Source: an uncultured Clostridium sp. | GTDB lineage: Bacteria > Bacillota > Clostridia > Lachnospirales > Lachnospiraceae | Assembly: GCA_946553025.1 (NCBI GenBank) | Contig: CAMNRM010000022.1 | Coordinates: forward strand, 2,726-66,725 | DNA length: 64,000 nt | Direction of reading: 5' to 3' | Shown: piece after piece, positions 48,289 through 58,487 of the stretch | Layout of the letters: every line of letters begins with the position of its first letter | Position numbering within the stretch: the stretch's first letter is position 1 | Made by a program: the position numbers and the translations under genes | Notes under the pieces: generated by a model | Seen by the model: the letters and a program-made list of their open reading frames with translations, nothing else | Databases searched by the model: none | What the model was told of the DNA's origin: nothing

Positions 48289-49422
48289 TTACATATTTCC
48301 TAAAAATTTATCCTTCAATATCGCCATGCCCTCCCGCACGCAAAGGTGCACGAATAATATCGGGTCGGAGCTGGAGGCGACACCGTAGAGATGCTCAAAA
48401 CCGCATTTTTCGCCAATCTTCATCGCCCGAAAGAGATGGAAGTTGCTGGTCAGCACGCCAATCTGCAGAGGCTTATCCGGCAGAAGTTCCTTTACCCCCG
48501 GATAGACCTGCATTAGGGCCTCTAAATTTTGCCCCTGCCCGACGGCACCCTCCACGATCGCATAGCCGGGAGCATAGCTGCGCTGACGGTTTACTCCTCC
48601 CCGCGCTAAAAATTCACGGCTCTTTTCGGTGATCTCTTTGCGCTTGGTCTTTGGCGGGCGGTAATCCTTTTCAATCATCGCCTGCTCTCTTTCTCCCTGA
48701 CCGCCTGCAAATCCGCGAAACGGCAAATCATTATCCGCGGCTTTTTCTTTTTCTGCCGCTTCTTTTTCTAACTGCAGCAAAAACATGGAAAGTTCCATCC
48801 TTCTTCGGTTTTCATCCAGCTGTTTCCGGCGCACGCTTTCCTTTTCCTTCTGCCGCTGCTCTTCGATAAGCGCCTTGCTAAACGCCAGGTTTTCCCTTGT
48901 GCTTGTGGACTGCCCTTCCAAAAGAATCTGTTCCGGGGCAATTCCATTATACTGTAAATACTCTGCCATCGCCTGGGCTTCCGTGGTGGGTTCATCCCTG
49001 CCCTGGCCGCCGGAGAGAATCAGCTTGGTTTCCGGATGCTCCTGGGCAAAACGGATGGCCTTGTCCAGACGGTGCTTTAAGGAAGCGCTGATATCGTCTT
49101 CCCGCACCTTTGCCCCCAGGACAATCAGATAATCCAGATGCTCCGGCGCGATGCCAATCATCCCCCCGAAAATTAAAATCTGGAGAATCACAAAAATCAC
49201 CGCTCCCGCCGCACACAGAGTAACGACAGAAACCGGAACCCACAGCGGAACCTTATTTTTATGCTGGTGGTAATAATGACTTCCCCGAAAGAGCAGGAAA
49301 AAGACAATGGCCAGCACCAGCCACACCCACGCTGCCGAAGTTTTCACCCCGGAATATATCGAAATAATCCCAAAGTAAACCAGGCAGACCACCGACATCA
49401 TTCCAAATATCACTGCCATCAA
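48289..49422 (-). CDS. YdcF/DUF218 (ElyC/SanA-like) membrane protein with large internal insertion
   Basis: IVLGA, ILSGGQG, EGQSTSTRENL, TSNFHLFRA, VREG. Confidence 0.8.
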   Translation of the reverse strand: MMAVIFGMMSVVCLVYFGIISIYSGVKTSAAWVWLVLAIVFFLLFRGSHYYHQHKNKVPLWVPVSVVTLCAAGAVIFVILQILIFGGMIGIAPEHLDYLIVLGAKVREDDISASLKHRLDKAIRFAQEHPETKLILSGGQGRDEPTTEAQAMAEYLQYNGIAPEQILLEGQSTSTRENLAFSKALIEEQRQKEKESVRRKQLDENRRRMELSMFLLQLEKEAAEKEKAADNDLPFRGFAGGQGEREQAMIEKDYRPPKTKRKEITEKSREFLARGGVNRQRSYAPGYAIVEGAVGQGQNLEALMQVYPGVKELLPDKPLQIGVLTSNFHLFRAMKIGEKCGFEHLYGVASSSDPILFVHLCVREGMAILKDKFLGNM

Positions 49423-50654
49423 TGCTCACTTTCTTCCTTCCTGCGCAGCAAGTCGTAAGGCTCTGCTTCAGCCTCCAGTTCCACCCAGAGAATCTGGCGG
49501 GCATGGAGAGCGCTTTCCTGGCTCTTTCCCTCTTCATCCCAGATTCCCCTGACCTTCACCTCCAGATTTCTGCCGTCCGGCTTCATCACCTCGATGGTTT
49601 CGCCCACCGTAAATTTATTCTTCTGTTCAATCCGGCAGCGCCCCTGTTCATCGACGGCTTCCACCGTCCCTAGATAGGTATAATTCTTAATATAGGTGCT
49701 GCTCTGGTAAATCTGCCCGTTTTCCCTCGGCTTTCCAAAATAAAATCCGGTAGAAAATTCCCGGCAGGTACATTTGCCGATTTCTTCCTTATACCAGGGG
49801 AGGTTTTTCCGATAAAGCTCTTCACTTTCCAGATAATCGTCTATAGCCTTCCGGTAAGTCCTTGCCACCGCAGCCACATAGAGCGCCGTCTTCATCCGCC
49901 CTTCGATTTTAAAGCTGTCAATCCCCGATTCCATCAGCTCGGGAATATGTTCAATCATGCATAAATCGCGTGAACTGAAGATAAATGTTCCCCGCTCATT
50001 CTCTTCCACCGGCATATATTCTCCCGGACGGCTCTCCTCCATCACCGCATACTTCCAGCGGCAGGGATGGGTGCAGGACCCCTGGTTGGCGTCCCGCCCG
50101 ACAAAATAGTTGCTTAAAAGGCAGCGCCCGGAATACGAGATACACATCGCACCGTGAATAAAGCTTTCAATCTCCATCTCTTCGGGAATATGACGGCGGA
50201 TTTCCCTGATTTCCTCTAAGGTCAGTTCCCTGGCCGACACCACGCGCTTTGCCCCAAGATTCCACCAGAACTGATAGGTTTTGTAGTTTGTATTATTCGC
50301 CTGGGTGCTGATATGGATATCCATCTCAGGGACTATACGCCGGGCAAGGTCAAACACTCCGGGATCGGATATGATCAGGGCATCCGGAGGAAATGCCTTT
50401 AATTCGTGAAAATAAGCCTCCACGCCCTCCAGATCCTCATTGTGCGCTAAAATATTTGCCGTAATATAGACCCTTACTCCCCGTTCATGGGCAAAGGCGA
50501 TTCCCTCGCGGATCTCTTCCATCGAAAAATTTTTTGCTTTCGCCCGCAGGCCGAAGGCTTCGCCGCCAAGATAAACCGCATCGGCACCGTAAAGTACGGC
50601 TGTCTTTAAAACCTCCAGGCTCCCGGCCGGAATTAAAAGTTCAGGTTTTCTCAT
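49419..50654 (-). CDS. U32-family protein (tRNA hydroxylation, TrhP/YrrO-like)
   Basis: GADAVYLGG, HGAMCISYSGRCLLS, CTHPCRW, KIEGRMK. Confidence 0.88.
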   Translation of the reverse strand: MRKPELLIPAGSLEVLKTAVLYGADAVYLGGEAFGLRAKAKNFSMEEIREGIAFAHERGVRVYITANILAHNEDLEGVEAYFHELKAFPPDALIISDPGVFDLARRIVPEMDIHISTQANNTNYKTYQFWWNLGAKRVVSARELTLEEIREIRRHIPEEMEIESFIHGAMCISYSGRCLLSNYFVGRDANQGSCTHPCRWKYAVMEESRPGEYMPVEENERGTFIFSSRDLCMIEHIPELMESGIDSFKIEGRMKTALYVAAVARTYRKAIDDYLESEELYRKNLPWYKEEIGKCTCREFSTGFYFGKPRENGQIYQSSTYIKNYTYLGTVEAVDEQGRCRIEQKNKFTVGETIEVMKPDGRNLEVKVRGIWDEEGKSQESALHARQILWVELEAEAEPYDLLRRKEESEH

Positions 50655-50752
50655 GTAGTTTTCCTTCTTAAAATATTCTCCTTAATCTAAACATCCGATT
50701 GCTTTGCATTCCGCGGATTTATCACGTTACTCTTTACAGATTTAAAGTAACT

Positions 50753-51397
50753 TCACCGCTTCACACTCACCGTAACCCCGTCACCCACGCTTAAAACCGC
50801 CGTTTCCAGCCCCGGGGTGTGCTTTAGGGTGTATAAATATTCCCGCATCCGGCGATGAATCGTCCTGTCCCGCCGCTCCACGGCAAACCTTGATTCCAGG
50901 ATATTCCCGTCCTGAAGGACATTATCCGAAACCAGCATACCTCCCGGCGCAAGCAGTTTTAAAACCCCGGGCAGCCAGTGGATGTACTGCCCCTTGGCCG
51001 CATCCATAAAGATAAATCCATAGCTTTCTTCGGGCAATGTCGGAATAATCTCCCCTGCATCCCCCTCGATAAGATGAATCTGTGCTTCCCGCCCTGCCTC
51101 AATAAAGTTTTTCCTTGCCTGGGGTATGCGCTTTTCATACTTTTCTATGGTGGTAATCTGCCCTCCCGCCGGCATAACCTCGGCCATCAAAAGGGCGGAA
51201 TACCCCACGGCGGTTCCCACCTCCAGGATTTTTTGGGGCTTAACTGCCGCAATTAACGTTCTTAACAATGCCCCGGTTTCTTTGCGGATAATGGGAATCC
51301 TTTCCTCCCCTGCCCTTTTTTCAATCCGGGAGAGCAGAGGGCTTTTTTCCGGTTCAAGGGAAGCAATAAAATCGGCCAGCCTTTCTTTTTCTGTCAC
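50753..51397 (-). CDS. O-methyltransferase (TrmR/YrrM-like)
   Basis: LEVGTAVGYSA, FMDAAKGQY, DNVL; conserved position next to the U32 gene. Confidence 0.85.
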   Translation of the reverse strand: MTEKERLADFIASLEPEKSPLLSRIEKRAGEERIPIIRKETGALLRTLIAAVKPQKILEVGTAVGYSALLMAEVMPAGGQITTIEKYEKRIPQARKNFIEAGREAQIHLIEGDAGEIIPTLPEESYGFIFMDAAKGQYIHWLPGVLKLLAPGGMLVSDNVLQDGNILESRFAVERRDRTIHRRMREYLYTLKHTPGLETAVLSVGDGVTVSVKR

Positions 51398-51795
51398 GAA
51401 GCGGTTTCTCCTTCTTCTGGTTTTACACTCAGTTCATCTAAGATCTCCCGGGAGGTCATCGCCGTATTTAACGTATAGCTTCCGGGATAAATCGTATAAT
51501 CGTAGAAAATCGACTGCACCCAGAACGCATATTCATTGTGGATCAGCCCCTTTTCCTTCAGCATCTTTCCCACCTTGCGCCCGGTTGCATCTTCTTTTAC
51601 TTCAATCGTTATCTCTGCCCCCGGTGCGGATGACACTGCCGTATCGGCAAAGATTTCGTAGCCGAAGTTAAAACCGGCGTGCATCCCCTCATAGAGCACC
51701 AGAATCAAAAGTGCAGTGATAATTAATTTCAGGGAAACTTTAATAATTACACCGGTTACCCGGTTAATATCCTTTGCGGTATCATTCTCACTCAT
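51394..51795 (-). CDS. MltG/YceG N-terminal-like short membrane protein
   Basis: TM helix followed by VGKMLKEKGLI...PGSYTLNTAMTSREILDEL. Confidence 0.65.
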   Translation of the reverse strand: MSENDTAKDINRVTGVIIKVSLKLIITALLILVLYEGMHAGFNFGYEIFADTAVSSAPGAEITIEVKEDATGRKVGKMLKEKGLIHNEYAFWVQSIFYDYTIYPGSYTLNTAMTSREILDELSVKPEEGETAS

Positions 51796-51870
51796 GATCT
51801 CCTCCTGCGATACTAAACCGTCACTGTCCATATCTATGCACAGAAGACGGCAATCATCCGTGCAACGGGG

Positions 51871-53571
51871 TTATACCTCCATAATAATCGGAAGGATCAT
51901 CGGATTTCGCTTCATTCTCTTCCATAAAAAGTCACTGAGGCTGTCTTTAATCACATTTTTAATCTTTCCCCAGTCACTTACATGGCGGTGCAGACAGTCG
52001 TCCACGGCTTCGTCAACCACGCGCTTGGCCTCTTCGAGAAGATCCTCCGACTCCCGCACATAGACAAATCCGCGGGATACGATGTCCGGCCCGGCCAAAA
52101 GCTGGTTGCTGTACTTTTCCAGGGTCAGCACGACGATAATTATACCGTTCTGCGCCAGGTTCTGGCGATCTCTCAGGACGATATTTCCCACATCGCCCAC
52201 GCCAAGTCCGTCAACCAATATCGCCCCCGCCTGGACATGCCCGGTGACTTCGCCCTTTTCCTGGCTCAGTTCCAGGACGTCGCCGGAGTTAATCATCAGG
52301 ACATTTTCTTTGGGAATTCCCACATCGCGGGCCAGTGACGCCTGGGTCATGCGATGGCGGTATTCCCCGTGAATGGGCACGGAATATTTCGGGTGAACCA
52401 GCGAGTAAATCAGCTTGATTTCCTCCTGGCAGGCATGTCCGGATACATGGGTATCCTGGAAAATCACCTCGGCTCCCTTCATCGACAGTTCGTTAATCAC
52501 CTTGGCCACGGCCTTTTCATTCCCCGGAATCGGCGTGGAACTTAGGATAATCACATCGTTTGGCGTAATGGAAACCTTTTTGTGAATCGAAGAAGCCATC
52601 CTTGAGAGCGCCGCCATGGATTCTCCCTGACTTCCCGTGGTAATCAGCACCGTTTTCTCCGGCGGATAATTTTTAAGCTGTTCAATATCGATTAACGTTC
52701 CTTCGGGAATCTTAATATAGCCCAGTTCACTGGCTGTACCGATAACATTCACCATGCTCCGGCCCTCAACCACGCATTTTCTTCCGTATTTATAGGCAGA
52801 ATTAATAATCTGCTGCACCCTGTCCACATTGGAGGCAAAGGTCGCCACGATAATTCTCTTGTTTAAGTGATCGGCAAAGATGGAGTCAAAGGTCTTTCCT
52901 ACCGTCCGCTCCGAAGCTGTAAACCCGGATCGAATGGCATTCGTGCTGTCACAGAGCAGGGCAAGAACCCCTTTTTTTCCCAGTTCCGCAAAGCGCTGCA
53001 GATCGATGGAATCGCCGAACACCGGCGTATAATCAATCTTAAAGTCGCCCGTGTGCACGATAATTCCTGCCGGTGAGAAAATCGCCAGCGCCGAGGCATC
53101 GGCAATGCTGTGGTTCGTCTTGACAAATTCTACCCGAAAACAGCCTAAGTTTACCGACTGCCCGTGTTTAATCACTTTCCGCCGGGTATTCTTCAGCATG
53201 TTGATTTCTCTTAATTTATTTTCAATCAGGGCAATGGTCAGGCGCGTTCCGTAGACCGGGACGTTCAGTTCCTTTAAAATATAGGGCAGAGCGCCGATAT
53301 GGTCTTCATGGCCGTGGGTGATCACAAAGCCCTTGACTTTATCAATATTCTGCTTTAAATAGGTCACATCGGGAATCACCAGATCGATTCCCAGCATATC
53401 GTCCGTAGGAAAGGCCAGTCCGCAGTCCACCACAATAATGCTGTCCTGACACTCAAAGGCCGTAATATTCATTCCAATCTGTTCTAATCCGCCTAAAGGG
53501 ATAATCTTTACTGTATCATTTTTTGTTTCTTTTCCTTTCAATATCTTACCTCCGTTTACTGCTTTACCCAT
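51871..53571 (-). CDS. rnj: Ribonuclease J
   Basis: GGLEQIGMN, THGHEDHIG, TGSQGE, HVSGH, PIHGE. Confidence 0.95.
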   Translation of the reverse strand: MGKAVNGGKILKGKETKNDTVKIIPLGGLEQIGMNITAFECQDSIIVVDCGLAFPTDDMLGIDLVIPDVTYLKQNIDKVKGFVITHGHEDHIGALPYILKELNVPVYGTRLTIALIENKLREINMLKNTRRKVIKHGQSVNLGCFRVEFVKTNHSIADASALAIFSPAGIIVHTGDFKIDYTPVFGDSIDLQRFAELGKKGVLALLCDSTNAIRSGFTASERTVGKTFDSIFADHLNKRIIVATFASNVDRVQQIINSAYKYGRKCVVEGRSMVNVIGTASELGYIKIPEGTLIDIEQLKNYPPEKTVLITTGSQGESMAALSRMASSIHKKVSITPNDVIILSSTPIPGNEKAVAKVINELSMKGAEVIFQDTHVSGHACQEEIKLIYSLVHPKYSVPIHGEYRHRMTQASLARDVGIPKENVLMINSGDVLELSQEKGEVTGHVQAGAILVDGLGVGDVGNIVLRDRQNLAQNGIIIVVLTLEKYSNQLLAGPDIVSRGFVYVRESEDLLEEAKRVVDEAVDDCLHRHVSDWGKIKNVIKDSLSDFLWKRMKRNPMILPIIMEV

Positions 53572-53576
53572 CCTGT

Positions 53577-53855
53577 TTACTTTTGAAGCTCCACGTCTGC
53601 ATCGTCCAAAAGCTGGGTAAAAATCTCAAATACTGCTTCTAATTCCTGTTCATCCTCTACAAACTGATAAACTGCCTCCTCTTCCCTGTCACCGGAAGTA
53701 TCCTTAAGGATGTAACATTCCCCGTCTGCCTTTTCATCCTCTTCGTCCGTTACAAGCAGATAGTTTTTTCCGTTAATCCTGGTTTCTTCCAGCACAAAAA
53801 AGTCAACGGGTTCTCCCGTTTCTGTCTGCAGAGTGATTTTTGTTTCTTCCTTCAT
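53577..53855 (-). CDS. DUF1292 domain protein
   Basis: Acidic 92-aa protein (FFVLEETRINGKNYLLV) in the conserved ireB-ruvX-DUF1292 cluster. Confidence 0.8.
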   Translation of the reverse strand: MKEETKITLQTETGEPVDFFVLEETRINGKNYLLVTDEEDEKADGECYILKDTSGDREEEAVYQFVEDEQELEAVFEIFTQLLDDADVELQK

Positions 53856-54061
53856 CTTTTATTCTCCTGCATTGGTTTCGTGACCTGATTTTTCAAGGTT
53901 TTCATGCAATCCCTGTACGTTTAACTCCCCCACAGCTTCCTTTGCTGTACCTATATAATGATAGAAGCGTCAAAAGGTCTTTTGCCGCTTCTTATGATAC
54001 AGATTGCTCCGCACTTCGTGCTCCCGCAATCTTAAAAACATTCAAAATCCGCCCTGTCGGG

Positions 54062-54565
54062 CTACTTTTTCATGTTTTTGGCGGGTCCCAAGTTCAAAAA
54101 TTCTCCTGAAAGCAAGCTTTCGTCGAATTTTCGACCTTTTGACCCTAGTATCATATAGTCCAAATAGTTTTGCAGGATGAAGACGGCTGCGATCTTATCA
54201 ATTACGGCTTTCCGGTTCTCCCTCCGGACGCCACTTTCCATCAGGACACGCTCCGAAGCCACAGTACTTAAACGCTCGTCCCATAAAACCACGGGAAGCC
54301 CTGTGCGCCGCACAAGCATGGCCTGAAATTCCTCGGTTTTCTCTGCCCGTTCCCCAAGCGTATTATTCATATGTTTAGGATACCCTAAAACAATGGTGCT
54401 AACCCCATATTCTTTAATTAATTCTTCAATACGGGCACAGGTCTTCCTAAGCTTGTTCTCGTCACGGCGCACAATGGTTTCTATCCCCTGCGCCGTAAGC
54501 CCCAAAGCGTCGCTCACCGCCACACCTACAGTCTTTGTGCCGTAATCCAATCCAAGTATCCGCAT
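54062..54565 (-). CDS. ruvX: Holliday junction resolvase-like protein RuvX/YqgF
   Basis: [35 protein letters not shown]. Confidence 0.92.
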   Translation of the reverse strand: MRILGLDYGTKTVGVAVSDALGLTAQGIETIVRRDENKLRKTCARIEELIKEYGVSTIVLGYPKHMNNTLGERAEKTEEFQAMLVRRTGLPVVLWDERLSTVASERVLMESGVRRENRKAVIDKIAAVFILQNYLDYMILGSKGRKFDESLLSGEFLNLGPAKNMKK

Positions 54566-54787
54566 ATTCTCCTCGATTCTGTACATGGTTTGTTCCTGTT
54601 TGCCTGTTCACAGCAGCCATGGTTTCTATCATCTTATACGACTACAGGATAACACAAAAACAGCCGGTGATCGCCTAGTCATTTGTATGAACGTAAGCAC
54701 CTTGCCGACTGCTTCTTTATCGCTGTAAAAACACAGCAGTCTTTTCCCTCTGCCGTTTTTTCGGGCATCTCATACGCCCCTGTCCGT

Positions 54788-55063
54788 TTACCGAAGCTTC
54801 GTGTCAATATAGACTTCCATCAATTCTTCCAGAAGTTCATCCCTCTCCACTTTCATAATAATACTTCTGGCGTTCTTATGACTGGTAATATAAGTCGGGT
54901 CCCCGGACATAATATACCCAACGATTTGATTCACAGGGTTATACCCCTTTTCCGTCAGGGCAATATAAACCTGTTCCAGAACCTGTGCTGCACTTGCTGC
55001 ATTTGCCGTATTTTCCTGGAGAGTTATAAACTGTGTATCTCGCATATCGCCCATCTTCATCAC
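54788..55063 (-). CDS. ireB: IreB family regulatory phosphoprotein (UPF0297)
   Basis: [23 protein letters not shown]. Confidence 0.9.
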   Translation of the reverse strand: MMKMGDMRDTQFITLQENTANAASAAQVLEQVYIALTEKGYNPVNQIVGYIMSGDPTYITSHKNARSIIMKVERDELLEELMEVYIDTKLR

Positions 55064-55187
55064 GTCCTTATCACTATTCTCTCTTATTCTAAACCATAAA
55101 TACTATTTCGGCAAGAAGATTTTTGCAGAAAAGGGAAATTGTTTATTACGATGGCACTGTTCACACATGCACAGCAGCCTTGCGATC

Positions 55188-55213
55188 GTTTCTGTTCACA
55201 CGTTCACAGCAAC
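55188..55213. repeat. 26-bp REP-like hairpin repeat (copy)
   Basis: GTTTCTGTTCACACGTTCACAGCAAC; a degenerate copy at 55154-55178. Confidence 0.7.
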
Positions 55214-55224
55214 GGACAAAACAG

Positions 55225-56778
55225 CTAAGAGATAAGTGTAAATTCCATAAGTTCCGCCGTTAATGCCCGTTTTACCTGCCCGAACACAAGCCTTCCCTGA
55301 AAACCGTTTTTTCCCTCTTTCTCTTTAATAAGCTGATGTGCATCGGCGTTTTCTTCTTCGATAGCCCGGCACACATCGGCGTTTCCTTCGCTTTCGATAA
55401 CCCGGCACACATCGGCGTTTCCTTCGTTTTCGATAACCCGGCGCACATCGGCAAGCGGCACGGCCATTTTCACATATTCCCGGGTAAATCCGACTGCATA
55501 GGAATTCCCCCCGATAATGGCTTCCTCTTCCAGCAGCACCTGAACTTTTTTTCCGATAAATGATTCGCGGTAGGCTTTGGACATCTCTGCTTCCAGCTTA
55601 AGAAGTGCTTCACTCCGCTCTGCCTTCACCGCCTCATCCACCTGATCCGGCATGGAAGCCGCTCTTGTATTCTTCCGCCGCGAATATTTAAAAACATGCA
55701 TCTCATAAAACTGCACCTGGCGGACAAACTCCCTGGTCTTTGCAAACTCTTCCTCGGTTTCCCCGGGAAATCCCACAATAACGTCGGTGGTAATGGCCGG
55801 ATGGTCAAAGGCTTCCCGAAGATAGCCGCAGCTTTCCCGATACTGATCCGGCGTATAATGGCGGTTCATCCGCTTTAAGGTTTCCGGTGCACCGCTCTGC
55901 AGGGACAGATGAAAATGCGGGCAGACCTTGGGAAGATTAGCCAGGGCACGGGCAAAATCCCGGGTAATAATCCTCGGCTCCAAAGAACCCAGGCGGATTC
56001 GCTCAATCCCTTCGATGCCATGCAAAAGCTGGATAAGTTCCAAAAGACTTCCCCGTCCTGCCGATAAAAAATCCTGCTCAGCTTTTGTTTCCTGCATTTC
56101 CATTTCCCGTTTTTTTATTTTACCGCCTTCTTCTCCCCTCATTTCTTCCTCCCGGCGGTCCGTGCCGTAGGAACTTAGATGGATTCCGGTAAGTACCAGT
56201 TCCTTATAGCCCCTGGCGGCCAGGCGGCGTCCCTCGTCAAGAACATCTTCTTTTCTGCGGCTTCTGACCCTTCCGCGGGTATAGGGGATGATGCAGTAGC
56301 TGCAGAACTGGTTGCAGCCGTCCTGCACCTTGACGAAGGCCCGGGTATGGTCGGAAATCTTGCCGATGTGCAGGTTCTCATATTCCTTTGTCCGGCTGAT
56401 ATCCAAAACAAAGCTGTCTTCTTTTTCCCGGTCCTGGAAATAATCCTCCAAAATCTTTAACAAATCTTTTTTCCGATTGTTCCCGATAAGGATATCCACG
56501 GCAGCATCTTCTTTTAATACATCGGCGGCTGCCTGTACATAACAGCCTGCCGCTACAATCACGGCTCCCGGGTTCTTCGCCCTTGCCCGGTGAAGCATCT
56601 GCCGGGATTTTCTGTCGGCAATATTGGTCACGGAACAGGTATTAATGATGCACACCTCTGCCTCTTCCCCAAAAGGAACGATTTCATAGCCCCCGGATTC
56701 TAAGAGCTGCTCCATGGCTTCGGTTTCATAGGCATTGACCTTACAGCCTAAATTGTGAAAAGATGCCCTTCTTTTCAT
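55225..56778 (-). CDS. mtaB: tRNA threonylcarbamoyladenosine methylthiotransferase MtaB
   Basis: LGCKVNAYETE, CNQFCSYC radical SAM motif, HLSLQSG, HVFKYSRR. Confidence 0.92.
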   Translation of the reverse strand: MKRRASFHNLGCKVNAYETEAMEQLLESGGYEIVPFGEEAEVCIINTCSVTNIADRKSRQMLHRARAKNPGAVIVAAGCYVQAAADVLKEDAAVDILIGNNRKKDLLKILEDYFQDREKEDSFVLDISRTKEYENLHIGKISDHTRAFVKVQDGCNQFCSYCIIPYTRGRVRSRRKEDVLDEGRRLAARGYKELVLTGIHLSSYGTDRREEEMRGEEGGKIKKREMEMQETKAEQDFLSAGRGSLLELIQLLHGIEGIERIRLGSLEPRIITRDFARALANLPKVCPHFHLSLQSGAPETLKRMNRHYTPDQYRESCGYLREAFDHPAITTDVIVGFPGETEEEFAKTREFVRQVQFYEMHVFKYSRRKNTRAASMPDQVDEAVKAERSEALLKLEAEMSKAYRESFIGKKVQVLLEEEAIIGGNSYAVGFTREYVKMAVPLADVRRVIENEGNADVCRVIESEGNADVCRAIEEENADAHQLIKEKEGKNGFQGRLVFGQVKRALTAELMEFTLIS

Positions 56779-56812
56779 TAAATAATCTCCTATCTTTTTT
56801 GCAAACTCACTA

Positions 56813-56841
56813 TTGACTTTTCATCGCTTCCTTTGTAGTAT
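56813..56841 (+). promoter_or_regulatory. Sigma-A promoter
   Basis: TTGACT-17-TAGTAT. Confidence 0.7.
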
Positions 56842-56914
56842 GAAATAGGGAAGGTTAAATGAATCCCGCCGACACGAGTACAGAAGTACTCACACGAATA
56901 AAGGAGGTAACACG

Positions 56915-57148
56915 ATGAAGACAGTTCGCATTTCTTTAAATTCCATTGATAAAGTTAAATCCTTCGTTAATGATTTGACGAAGTTTGACGTAGATTTTGA
57001 TCTGGTATCCGGAAGATACGTTATCGATGCAAAATCAATTATGGGAATTTTCAGCCTGGATTTATCCAAGCCAATCGACTTAAATATCCATGCCGAAAGC
57101 GGTATTGAAGAAATTTTAAATACGCTGGCCCCTTACATTATTGACTAA
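56915..57148 (+). CDS. HPr-family protein lacking His15
   Basis: IDAKSIMGIFSL Ser46 motif present, no GLH motif; SD AAGGAGG. Confidence 0.82.
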   Translation: MKTVRISLNSIDKVKSFVNDLTKFDVDFDLVSGRYVIDAKSIMGIFSLDLSKPIDLNIHAESGIEEILNTLAPYIID

Positions 57149-57258
57149 TCCATCACCGGACAAATGGTCATGCATTGAATGCAACACATGGAATGCAACC
57201 GCAAGAGAAGCTGCTGATTTTAGCAGCTTTTATTTTTTTGCAAACCTGCGATAAAGCG

Positions 57259-57327
57259 ATTACCGGCAGACCATCACCTCAATTACCGGCAGGCCATCAC
57301 CTTGATTACTGGCAGACCATCACCTCG
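57259..57327. repeat. 23-bp tandem triplication of the thiI 3' end
   Basis: ATTACCGGCAGACCATCACCTCA-like unit at 57259, 57282 and 57305. Confidence 0.85.
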
Positions 57328-58487
57328 GCGGATTCTATGGCAGTCTTTACCATCTCGGCAATCTTTTCGGCAAGCTTTTCCTCGGAATGGTGAATCATAT
57401 GGATATTGGGCTTTGTCACCGGATGCTTGGCCACAAAGATGGTACAGCAGTCCTCAAACGGCTGGATCGAAGTTTCAAACGTCCCTATCTTTTCCGAGAT
57501 ATCCACAATCTCCTGCTTGTCAAATCCAATCACCGGACGGAATACCGGCATGGTGCAGACCTCATTGGTCGCGGCGAGGGACTGGACGGTCTGGGAGGCC
57601 ACCTGACCGATGCTCTCCCCGGTAATCAGTGCCTGGCATTTTTCTTTTTCGGCAATCGCCTGGGCAATCCGCATCATATAGCGCCGCATAATAATCGTCA
57701 GCTCCTCGTGCGGACACTGATCATAGATATAAAGCTGAATATCGGTAAAATTCACAATGTGCAGCTTTAACGGCCCCGCATACCTCGACACCAGCCGCGC
57801 AAGATCCACGACCTTTTCTTTCGCCCGGTCGCTGGTGTAGGGCGGCGCATGGAAATAGACGGCTTCGACCACCACACCTCTTTTGGCAATCATATAACCG
57901 GCGACCGGACTGTCAATTCCTCCGGACAGAAGCAGCATCGCCCTTCCGTTCGTCCCGACCGGCATTCCTCCAGGCCCGGGGATAACCTGGGAATAAAGGT
58001 TAATCCTGCTGCGGATTTCCACATGGAGCATAACCTCCGGGTGATGCACGTCCACGCTGGTCTGCGGATAGGCTTCCAGGATGGCTGCCCCCAGTTCGCG
58101 GTTTATTTCCTCTGAGGTCATGGGATACTGTTTATTGGCCCGCCTTGCATTGACCTTAAAGGTAAAATCTTTTTTGGGATAAACCTGATCCAGATAGAGG
58201 AGCACCTGCTTTTTTAAATCCTCAAAACCCAAATCCTCCACCTGCACCATCGGACAGATCCCGGAGATTCCAAACACCCGCTGCAAAGCCTCCACAGCAT
58301 CGTCCAGATCAAAATCTTTTTCTGCATTCGCATAAATCCGCCCGGACTCCTTAGTCACCAGAAAACTCCCCTCAATGGGTTTTAAGGCAAAACGGATCTG
58401 CTTGACCAGGGCATCCTCAAACAGATACCGGTTTTTTCCCTTGCATCCTATTTCTGCATATTTAATTAACAATGACTGATAATTCAT
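57306..58487 (-). CDS. thiI: tRNA 4-thiouridine synthase ThiI
   Basis: THUMP domain, LLSGGIDSPVA PP-loop, GESIGQVASQT, EDCCT. Start moved to MNYQS. Confidence 0.93.
   Translation of the reverse strand: MNYQSLLIKYAEIGCKGKNRYLFEDALVKQIRFALKPIEGSFLVTKESGRIYANAEKDFDLDDAVEALQRVFGISGICPMVQVEDLGFEDLKKQVLLYLDQVYPKKDFTFKVNARRANKQYPMTSEEINRELGAAILEAYPQTSVDVHHPEVMLHVEIRSRINLYSQVIPGPGGMPVGTNGRAMLLLSGGIDSPVAGYMIAKRGVVVEAVYFHAPPYTSDRAKEKVVDLARLVSRYAGPLKLHIVNFTDIQLYIYDQCPHEELTIIMRRYMMRIAQAIAEKEKCQALITGESIGQVASQTVQSLAATNEVCTMPVFRPVIGFDKQEIVDISEKIGTFETSIQPFEDCCTIFVAKHPVTKPNIHMIHHSEEKLAEKIAEMVKTAIESAEVMVCQ

Noticed and set aside
51394-51795. Truncated mltG pseudogene
   Set aside because: Clean ORF coupled to its neighbours with no downstream remnant; short MltG-N-like proteins are, from recall, usual at this locus in Lachnospiraceae.
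55335-55455. 36-bp repeats as CRISPR direct repeats
   Set aside because: Contiguous, in-frame and inside mtaB.
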